Source of the DNA: Candidatus Nealsonbacteria bacterium
GTDB lineage: Bacteria; Patescibacteriota; Minisyncoccia; Minisyncoccales; GWA2-46-15
Assembly: GCA_016207115.1 (NCBI GenBank)
Contig: JACQQI010000007.1
Coordinates: forward strand, 1 to 56,482
Direction: 5' to 3'
Length of the DNA: 56,482 nucleotides
Notes under the pieces: generated by a model
The model's database searches: none
What the model was told of the DNA's origin: nothing
Seen by the model: the letters and a program-made list of their open reading frames with translations, nothing else
Shown: positions 19,701 to 26,514 of the stretch, in pieces
Layout of the letters: the number at the start of each line of letters is the position of its first letter
How positions within the stretch are numbered: position 1 is the stretch's first letter
Made by a program: the position numbers and the translations under genes

Positions 19701-22700
19701 CGGTGGACTCAACCGGCCCGACGGTCATGATGGCCAATGGCGACGATTACAAGCTGGCCATTACTTTCTCCGAACCAATGCAGGCCGCCAAAGCCACCGA
19801 TACCGTCAACTGGTCCGCCTCGGTTTTGAATCCGGGCAATTACGTTCTCTACAGCAATAGTTCGCCGCCGCCTTTTGTCGAGAATACTAATATGGCCAAG
19901 TACTTTGCCAACAACACTTTGGCCACGGCCACCGACACGGCCCACGGCGGACCACTGACCTTTAAGTACGACGCGGCCTACAACACGGTCATCATCGAAG
20001 GGCTTAAATTGCTCGATTCGTTACTGACGATAAAGGGCGGGTTTAATATCTGGGTCAAGAACGTCAAAGACATTTCCGGCAACGTCATCCAGGACACGAC
20101 CAAGCCGGCCAACGTCAATGATTTTGGCTTAAACACGGCCGGCGGTCCGGTCATGGATGCCAAATCAACTTTTGGCAATATCGGTCCCGGCGGCGGGGGG
20201 ATGTCGGGTCCGCCGCCAACCTCGGCTTTATCCGGCGGCGCCATGAACGTGACGGCTTTTGGCGGCAAAGACCCGGCCATGATGGGCTTTAAACCCGTCA
20301 ACGTCTTTCCTATGAACATGCTCGGCGGCCAGGAATCGATGTACATGATCGACCTGCCCTTGACTACGGCTATTCCGGCTTCGGGCCAGATCATTCTGAC
20401 TTTCCCGGTGGGTTTTGACGTGACCAACGCTGCCGACGGCGACCCCGGGCAAAAATGGGCTCACAAAGATATCAACGGGCCGGGTACGGGCACGGTGGTA
20501 CTCTCGGCGGTTTCGGCCAACGCCACGGCCCGAACCGTGACCATCACTCTGGGTAGCGTGGCGACTCAGGCCAACGATTTCCTGCACTTGGAAATTGACC
20601 GCATCAAAAACACGACCAAGTCTTCGGACGGAGACCTGGCCAGCGGCATCACCATGGGAGCGGGCTATCAGGTGGATATTTACACCAAGACGCCGAGCTC
20701 GGGCGGTTCCCGAACGCTGGAAACTTTGAAGTCCATGCCCTTCTTTATCAAGTCGGCGGGCGCCTCATCTCTGACCGGCAGCATTACCTTTAAAGACTCT
20801 GCCGGTGCCAACGCGGCCGTGACGTTGACCAATCTGCCGGTTTATCTGATGTCGCCGGCCACCGGCCCGCTGAAAACACTGGTCAGTTTTTCCAATTCGG
20901 CCACCGGAAATTATACCTTCTCCAATTTGCCCACCGGAACCTACATGCTGGGTTCAGAAACCATGCAGTCGGTTTCCGGGACGGATTATTACATCGATTT
21001 ACAGCCCATGCCCCAATCGATCAATGTGGCTTCGGGCAGCAATACCAAGAACTTGGTTTTCCAGGCGCAGTCGGCCGCTAACAAACCCAACCTGACCGTC
21101 TACGTCACCGGCACCTTTACCAATGAGAGCGTGGACATTTTTGCCGGCGGCCCGGGCAACTTCGCCGTTAAAACCATCGCCCTCAATGGAACCTTTACCA
21201 ACGCCTCGCCTTCAATCCAAACTCTTTACTTGCCTTCCACCGGTACTTGGATGGTCGGAATGGGCCCGGCCATGCCTAGGGGGCCGCAGCAATCCGGGCC
21301 TCCGCCCATGCCCAGTTGGATGCCCCCGCGGCCCGTTGAAGTTAACGTTTCGGGCACGGGGCCCGGCTGGACCTGGAAAGACCATGACGGCGCCGCCACT
21401 CTCGACACTTCCTCAACCGACGGCAAAATCACTCTCGGCGTGGCGACGGCCAATAAAACCATCAACGGCCACGTCTATAACCCAGCCGGAAGCACGGGCA
21501 TCCAGAATGCCGAAGTCTTTGCCTTTTCTCCCCTGGGCGGAATGGGATCTCACGCCCAATCGGGCGCCGATGGCTCTTTCACTCTGAAGGTAATGGACGG
21601 CAGTTATCAGGTCGGCGCTTTTGTTCCGGGCATGATGCCCTCCCAAGAAATTCCCGTGGAGGTGAAAACCGTCAGCTCGGTCACGACGATCTACGCCAAC
21701 GGCACGGCCACTACCGATCTCATCATCAAAATCCAGAATCCCGAATCGATGTACACGATTTCGGGCAAAGTGACCGACGGCACCAACGTCATCAAGGATG
21801 CTTCGGTCTATGCCCGCCGAACCGATGCGCCCGGCAACGTCGGCGGCAAAACCGATTCGATGGGTAAATACATTCTCTACGTTCAGGCCGGAACTTGGGC
21901 CGTCGGGGCTTTCCTGCCTCAGTACGGCAACTTAACCGAACAGAGCGTGATGATTAGTACGGCTTCCCAGGCCAACATTGATTTTGCTCCGGCCACGGGC
22001 ACGACCTTTAGGACCGTCAAAGACCGGGTCTATAAAGACGTGGACAGCAGCGGAACTTATACCGGTGGCGACACTCTCTTAGCCAATGTTCACGTGGACT
22101 TTGACCGGACGGGTTATCACAACGGTTCCCTGAGCGATCAGACCGGCCAATACACCATCCTCGTGCCCGACGGTACTTACACGGTGACGGCCTGGTCGCC
22201 CGACATCGGCAAGATTCCGCCGCAGACCGTCGTGGTTTCGGGCAACATCAATTTGACGGGCGAAGCGGATTTACCCGTCTCCGACACCCGGACCGTAACC
22301 GTCAACTTTATTGATTCTTTGGGAGCGCCGGTAACCTTGAGCGAAGTCTATGTCCAGATGGATAAACTCGGCGCCAAAGACGTCAGCAACGAAACGAGCC
22401 GAGAGAACGTTTCTTCGCTGACTCTGCCGGTTCCGGCCGGCACGGGCTACGAATACGCCCTGGAGCTGGCCATTCCCGGCGTAGCCGATCAAACTTTGAC
22501 CCTGGCTGGCGGCGGCAGCACGACGGTGACCGGTTCGGATGTCAACTCCGATAGCGCCATTGACATGTATAAGGTGGTGGTGGACGGTAACGAGACGATT
22601 AATGTCACCGTACCGACGCTTTACCAGGTTTCGGGCCAGGCTCTGGATAATTCCGGCAATCCCTTGACCGATACGGTCGTCAATATCAAAAAGGCCGGGT

Positions 22701-24484
22701 CGAACGACGTGGCCCTGGCGGTCAAAACTGATTCGTCGGGAAACTATTCGGTCAATCTGCCGGCTTCGGGAGCGGGCACGCCTTACCTTTTCCAGATCGA
22801 CAAGGGCGGCTACGTCGACACGGGCTTGTCCGTGGTCGTGGATGGCACGGAAACCCAGAATTTGGACGCCAACAAGGCCAGTTTGACAATTTCCGGCCAG
22901 ATAAAAGTCGGCTCCGCGGGCGTGGAGGGCGCTAAGGTTTTCGGCAAAGAGCTGGGCGGAGGATTCACTTCGACCGAGACCGATGCCCAGGGAAATTACA
23001 GCCTACCCGTGACCGCCGGCAACTGGAAAGTCTCGGCCGCTTCGGATGGCTATCAGGAAAAAGAGTATCAAAATGCTTCCAGCCAGGATATCGTCGTTTC
23101 GGTGACCGCGAGCGTACCCGGGATCGACGTGACCCTGGCGACCCAGAAAACCGGATTGGCCACGGTCAATAATTCTGATTTAAATCCTTCGGCCGGCGCC
23201 ACCTTCGAACATTCGTCGGCGGGACTGGAATTAATCGCGCCGCAGAATGCCATTGCTTCCTCTCAAGCAACCTATCAGATGGAGGATTATGAAGTTGCCA
23301 ACGTCACTTCTTCACCCACGGCTAAAACTATCGGCGGGGAAGCCGTCCAGCTCTCGGCCTATGAACCCTCCGGTTCTTCGATGGTGCCCAAGTCGAGCTT
23401 TTCTTCCGATGTGACCATCGAAAAGAAATACACCAAAGCGGAACTGGTCGCCGAGGGCATCGATACTTTTGCCGAAGCGGAAAACGTCACCATGTCGTAT
23501 TTTGACAACTCGGCTTCCAACTGGGAACCGGTCCTGACCAATATCACCTATTTGGACAGCGGCGACCAGCCGGTCATTCCGACCAACACTCTGGCCAATG
23601 TGGCGGCGGTGGTCTATGCCGGCGTCTCCGACCACCTGACCGTCTATTCGCCGACCAATCAGAATCCGGATGGTTTAGCTCCCTCGGCACCCACCAGCGC
23701 CAGCGGGACCGCCACTTCGGGCACGAATACAATTTCTTGGACGGCGCCGACAACCAATACCGACGCGAGCAGTCTGACCGACCTCTTGGGCTATGAAGTC
23801 TATCGTTCGACTGCGGCCTCGGGCACCTACGTTCAGATCAACGCGACGGACGTGACCTCAACGAGTTATGCCGACAACTCGGTCAGCTCGGGCACGACCT
23901 ACTACTACAAGGTAACGGCGGCCGACACCGGCGGCATTGAATCCAATCTGTCCACGGCTAGCTCGGGAGTCTTGGCCTACGTCGGTGGCGGGGGTGGCGG
24001 CGGCATTTCCTTCTGGCCGACTCCGTCCCCGAGCCCTTCACCGAGTCCGTCGCCTTCGCCCAGTCCCTCCGCCTCACCCAGTCCTTCGGCCAGTCCTTCT
24101 CCGACAACGCCCACGGGCTTAGTGTCGATTCCGACGCTTTCGGCCAATCCGACCCGGTCCGAGATTCAGGCCGCCATCACCGCCATCGTCCAGAACATCG
24201 CCTATTTGCAAGCCGAATTGACCAAACTCCGGGGTGGAGCCGGTTCGATCGCGGCTTTTGTCCAAGATCTTCATTACGGTCTGTTAGAAGATCCTCAGGT
24301 CAAAAAGCTGCAGGGACTTTTGGTCAGCCGGGGCTACCTGGGCACGGGTTTGGACACGGGAAATTACCTGTCCAAGACCGTTCAAGCCGTCAAAGCCTAT
24401 CAGCAAGCCAAAGGCATTACTCCGGTCAACGGCCGCTTTGGGCCCCAGACCCGGCAGGCCATGAACACGGACCTCGGCTTGTAG
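16748..24484 (+). CDS. Giant (2578 aa) S-layer/adhesin-like wall-anchored protein: signal peptide, LTD, Big_5/SbsA-like Ig domains, CarboxypepD_reg-like domains, FN3, PS linker, helix, C-terminal PG_binding_1
   Basis: 'VVISEVKLSGATETDEFIEIYNKTNSTVTISGWKV' (LTD). 'ISFSKDLDASTINSSNITL' (Big_5-like). 'VKGKVMSGASGIDNANVTLRGAG...FTFSNIPAGMFRLEANAPGY' (CarboxypepD_reg-like). 'LLGYEVYRSTAASGTYVQIN...YYYKVTAADTGG' (FN3). C-terminal 'LHYGLLEDPQVKKLQGLLVSRGYL...AVKAYQQAKGITPVNGRFGPQTRQA'. Poly-Gly hinges separate the modules. Confidence 0.85.
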   Translation: MSKQKGGRFFKRTVTVLTSLTTILWSVGLPVLPVALAATPHIMMVEYVNPTTLQVRFDQLMNESTIVTGSFTLTTGATGDNSSITSVTNATVDSKTVATVVASGAKISPGAGDFVKVASGAETNSPKNGTAEANADNGNIGIVAQPGQVVISEVKLSGATETDEFIEIYNKTNSTVTISGWKVTRLAQDGTPTDLVTFADPTTLAAGKFRLIAPTGTANVDNAYTPSGNGLDTNNTVILYRTAGPSFRSEDLVGCGTAVIKEGTAAVCPVANTSGERKASPTSTAVTLAAAGSEVAWGNSYDTNNNNFDFVGQSGAGVNPQSSASPAEVPGGGGGGYQNQPPNINHMPVGQVISGQDFMIMAQMADPETPAQGLTANLIYSTDGGTTWLTLVGQYMTQDFKFIIPSAATGSGTGVAFKYYLKATDADSNSRCMWNMGFGVCGTADATAKAGAWTVNSTSSAGMTNTVKGKVMSGASGIDNANVTLRGAGLNFNTTSATDGVAGTFTFSNIPAGMFRLEANAPGYSMGWIDGALSKLSGAAYGDNTINLTAGGGGGQGGDTTSPRVIWSAPMDGMNGAPTKINIPASGQFEAPIMIGFSKDMDATTITTDNIKIYPVTASGLGTALLGLSVAYQTQNSSVTLTDRGSRVIGSSDFGPDRKALVYSATPLTANSQYVIDLSASVKDAAGNVLQGNKSGGGHSISFTTSGDFSSFNTGQMTTGFNTFMTSGGGGGQFTPPYVTGSGPNNGAKNVPTNAKIVVNFSQPMDSTGINATSSTGTYVKLYDTNFNNTGSGQYVTVESIALDTTTKQMATLTVGGAGLAASHSNYAIRVLGGAKSATGVSMAMPDQANTVMYQADFSTGSTTDVGAPTVLGTTLQTYTAVTPCTGANVCVSGVPTNVGTMEISFSKDLDASTINSSNITLTNGTTSVSTTVSYDGLSRSLKIAPTTVLYTVTTYTLTVGTGVKAMNGTALAANYVVSFTTNSTVDSTGPTVMMANGDDYKLAITFSEPMQAAKATDTVNWSASVLNPGNYVLYSNSSPPPFVENTNMAKYFANNTLATATDTAHGGPLTFKYDAAYNTVIIEGLKLLDSLLTIKGGFNIWVKNVKDISGNVIQDTTKPANVNDFGLNTAGGPVMDAKSTFGNIGPGGGGMSGPPPTSALSGGAMNVTAFGGKDPAMMGFKPVNVFPMNMLGGQESMYMIDLPLTTAIPASGQIILTFPVGFDVTNAADGDPGQKWAHKDINGPGTGTVVLSAVSANATARTVTITLGSVATQANDFLHLEIDRIKNTTKSSDGDLASGITMGAGYQVDIYTKTPSSGGSRTLETLKSMPFFIKSAGASSLTGSITFKDSAGANAAVTLTNLPVYLMSPATGPLKTLVSFSNSATGNYTFSNLPTGTYMLGSETMQSVSGTDYYIDLQPMPQSINVASGSNTKNLVFQAQSAANKPNLTVYVTGTFTNESVDIFAGGPGNFAVKTIALNGTFTNASPSIQTLYLPSTGTWMVGMGPAMPRGPQQSGPPPMPSWMPPRPVEVNVSGTGPGWTWKDHDGAATLDTSSTDGKITLGVATANKTINGHVYNPAGSTGIQNAEVFAFSPLGGMGSHAQSGADGSFTLKVMDGSYQVGAFVPGMMPSQEIPVEVKTVSSVTTIYANGTATTDLIIKIQNPESMYTISGKVTDGTNVIKDASVYARRTDAPGNVGGKTDSMGKYILYVQAGTWAVGAFLPQYGNLTEQSVMISTASQANIDFAPATGTTFRTVKDRVYKDVDSSGTYTGGDTLLANVHVDFDRTGYHNGSLSDQTGQYTILVPDGTYTVTAWSPDIGKIPPQTVVVSGNINLTGEADLPVSDTRTVTVNFIDSLGAPVTLSEVYVQMDKLGAKDVSNETSRENVSSLTLPVPAGTGYEYALELAIPGVADQTLTLAGGGSTTVTGSDVNSDSAIDMYKVVVDGNETINVTVPTLYQVSGQALDNSGNPLTDTVVNIKKAGSNDVALAVKTDSSGNYSVNLPASGAGTPYLFQIDKGGYVDTGLSVVVDGTETQNLDANKASLTISGQIKVGSAGVEGAKVFGKELGGGFTSTETDAQGNYSLPVTAGNWKVSAASDGYQEKEYQNASSQDIVVSVTASVPGIDVTLATQKTGLATVNNSDLNPSAGATFEHSSAGLELIAPQNAIASSQATYQMEDYEVANVTSSPTAKTIGGEAVQLSAYEPSGSSMVPKSSFSSDVTIEKKYTKAELVAEGIDTFAEAENVTMSYFDNSASNWEPVLTNITYLDSGDQPVIPTNTLANVAAVVYAGVSDHLTVYSPTNQNPDGLAPSAPTSASGTATSGTNTISWTAPTTNTDASSLTDLLGYEVYRSTAASGTYVQINATDVTSTSYADNSVSSGTTYYYKVTAADTGGIESNLSTASSGVLAYVGGGGGGGISFWPTPSPSPSPSPSPSPSPSASPSPSASPSPTTPTGLVSIPTLSANPTRSEIQAAITAIVQNIAYLQAELTKLRGGAGSIAAFVQDLHYGLLEDPQVKKLQGLLVSRGYLGTGLDTGNYLSKTVQAVKAYQQAKGITPVNGRFGPQTRQAMNTDLGL
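24017..24106 (+). repeat. Pro/Ser-rich linker (coding)
   Basis: '[30 protein letters not shown]'. Confidence 0.85.
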
Positions 24485-24526
24485 ACAAAGCTTAGTTTTC
24501 TCACGGGCTCGAAAGCATTCAACGAA

Positions 24527-24555
24527 ACGCCTCGTTTTCGGGGCGTTTTCGTTTT
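24527..24555 (+). terminator. Rho-independent terminator after the giant gene
   Basis: acgcctcg-tttt-cggggcgt followed by tttcgtttt. Confidence 0.7.
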
Positions 24556-24571
24556 AATACAGAGTGAGCCA

Positions 24572-24628
24572 AAAATAGACTTCGTCGTTTGATTCTGATC
24601 AAAATAGACTTCGCCGCGGGAGTCTGAT
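24572..24628 (+). repeat. Tandem direct repeat (period 29 nt) in the promoter region of the protease gene
   Basis: aaaatagacttcgTCGTTTGATtctgat / aaaatagacttcgCCGCGGGAGtctgat. The 13-nt and 6-nt arms are identical and the 9-nt cores differ. Confidence 0.7.
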
Positions 24629-24655
24629 AGAATTAAATTGATATTCTTTTCCGCG

Positions 24656-26338
24656 ATGAAACGATTTTTTGTTTCAATTTTCTTCTTATCGATCACCTTA
24701 ATTCCTTCTTCGGCCGCGGCCTTTTCCATTGGCGACAGCCAGATCTTCAACGTGGAATCGACTTTCGACCTGACCCAGAGGGACCAATTGACCGCCAGCT
24801 TGAAAAAGACGACCAATCAAGCCTATTTCTATTTCGACAATGCTTGGTGGTCGCAGCTGAGAAGCGAGCAGCAGATTCAGGTGACCAACTCTTTGAATAA
24901 TCTGGGCGAGGAGTTCGACGGCAAGATCTATCCGGTTTTGACCCAGGCCTTCGGCGACGTCTGGAACCCGGGCATCGACAAGGACACGCGCATCACCATT
25001 CTCTTCCATCCGATGAAAGAAGCGTCGGGCGGCTATTTCAATTCGGCCGACGAATATACCAAGGCGCAGATCCCCAAGTCCAACGAGAGGGAAATGCTCT
25101 ACCTCAACGCCAACCAGGCCACCAGCCCTTTATTGAGAGCCTTTCTGGCACACGAGTTCCAGCACCTCATCAGTTTCAACCAGAAAGAGAGATTGAAGGG
25201 AGTGACCGAGGACGTCTGGCTCAACGAGGCCCGCTCCGAATACGCCGCGACTCTCCTGGGTTACGATTCGCCCTACGAGGGCTCGAACCTGGAGAGGCGG
25301 GTGAGGAATTTCCTCGATAAACCCTACGATTCTCTGACCGAGTGGAAAAACCAGTCGGCCGACTACGGCGTAACCAATCTTTTCATCCAGTACCTGGTTG
25401 ACCATTACGGCGTTGATGTTCTGAAAGAATCGATGTTCTCTTCGAAAACCGGCATCGACAGCCTCAACGAAGTCCTGAAAAAGCTCGGTTTTACCGAATC
25501 TTTTTCCGAGATTTTCACCAACTGGACCGTGGCCAGCTTCGTCAACGACTGCAATCTCGACGTCCGTTATTGTTATCTGAACGAAAGTCTGCGCAGCTTC
25601 CGCATCGTGCCCCAGGCCAACTTTCTGCCGCCGGTGACTCAGACGAGCCTGTCGGTGGTCAACACGACCAAAGAGTGGTCGGGCAACTGGTACAAGTTCT
25701 TCGGCGCCAAGGGGAACCTGACGCTGGAATTCAACGGCAACAGCGCGACCGCGTCTTTCAAAATACCCTATCTCTTGGAAGGCAAAGACGGCAAAACCAA
25801 CGTTGACTTCATGAGCCTCGACGGCCTTTCCCGCGGCCGCCTGACAGTCAAAGATTTCGATAAAAACTATTTTACCTTGATCATCATCCCTTCTCTGCGG
25901 GGGAAGAGCAGCAATTTTTCTTCGCTGGAGCCGACAGTTCAGTTTTCCTGGACGGCTTCGGCCGGTGAAAATGTCGGGACGCCCTCGGAGAACCCGGCCG
26001 AGATCGAGGCCCTCTTAAACAAGATCGCCGAGCTGAAGCAGGAAATCGCCCGACTGCAGCAATTGCTGTCGGGTCTAAAACCGACCCCTTCCTTTTCCTG
26101 CTCGTCGTTTCCTCTCAACCTTTATTACGGCCTGACCGGCTCTCCGGAAGTCCGCTGCCTGCAGGAATTCCTGAAATCCAGGGGCGAGGGGATTTATCCG
26201 GAGAAACTGGTCACCGGCAGCTATCTATCCCTGACGGTCCAGGCGGTCAAGCGCTATCAGGCCCAAAAAGGCATCGTTCCAACCGGCTATTTCGGCCCCA
26301 AGACGAGAGCCGCCGCCAACCTTGACATTTCCAAATAG
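24656..26338 (+). CDS. Secreted HExxH zinc metalloprotease with C-terminal helix plus PG_binding_1 anchor
   Basis: Signal 'FFVSIFFLSITLIPSSAAA'. 'LRAFLAHEFQHLISF' (HExxH; the HEFQH context recalls peptidase M30, unverified). C-terminal 'IEALLNKIAELKQEIARLQQLL' followed by 'LYYGLTGSPEVRCLQEFLKS...AVKRYQAQKGIVPTGYFGPKTRAA'. ATG at 24656 preferred to TTG at 24638. Confidence 0.75.
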   Translation: MKRFFVSIFFLSITLIPSSAAAFSIGDSQIFNVESTFDLTQRDQLTASLKKTTNQAYFYFDNAWWSQLRSEQQIQVTNSLNNLGEEFDGKIYPVLTQAFGDVWNPGIDKDTRITILFHPMKEASGGYFNSADEYTKAQIPKSNEREMLYLNANQATSPLLRAFLAHEFQHLISFNQKERLKGVTEDVWLNEARSEYAATLLGYDSPYEGSNLERRVRNFLDKPYDSLTEWKNQSADYGVTNLFIQYLVDHYGVDVLKESMFSSKTGIDSLNEVLKKLGFTESFSEIFTNWTVASFVNDCNLDVRYCYLNESLRSFRIVPQANFLPPVTQTSLSVVNTTKEWSGNWYKFFGAKGNLTLEFNGNSATASFKIPYLLEGKDGKTNVDFMSLDGLSRGRLTVKDFDKNYFTLIIIPSLRGKSSNFSSLEPTVQFSWTASAGENVGTPSENPAEIEALLNKIAELKQEIARLQQLLSGLKPTPSFSCSSFPLNLYYGLTGSPEVRCLQEFLKSRGEGIYPEKLVTGSYLSLTVQAVKRYQAQKGIVPTGYFGPKTRAAANLDISK

Positions 26339-26386
26339 GTTTGCTATACTCAAGCCAGTGAGTGTAGAAAGACTTCAATTCGGCAC

Positions 26387-26419
26387 AACGCGTCCCTCGA
26401 GCGACGCGTTTTGCTTTTT
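26387..26419 (+). terminator. Rho-independent terminator
   Basis: aacgcgtc-(8 nt)-gacgcgtt followed by ttgcttttt. Confidence 0.7.
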
Positions 26420-26514
26420 AACCCAATCGTAATCTGCTAGAATATAATTGGGTTGGGAGGCAGCACTCACTAATTCCAAAGAATTGGAGTTAAACGCTCC
26501 CAACCCATCAACTA

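Noticed and set aside
5683-24484. Many long antisense or alternative-frame ORFs inside the surface-protein genes. Examples are 10055-10837 (-, 260 aa), 14363-14920 (-), 6369-6866 (-), 11513-11911 (-), 19978-20427 (-) and 21123-21587 (+).
   Set aside because: The sense frames are rich in Ala, Thr, Gly, Val and Ser encoded by GCN, ACN, GGN and GTN. This leaves the other frames nearly stop-free. The shadow products are low-complexity (V/A/P/T or R/G-rich) and have no motifs or start context. The sense frames carry signal peptides and recognisable domains.
24400-24816. A 138-aa minus-strand ORF spanning the end of the giant gene, the terminator and the start of the protease gene.
   Set aside because: It crosses a terminator and the direct repeats and overlaps two well-supported + strand genes. 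It has no recognisable features.
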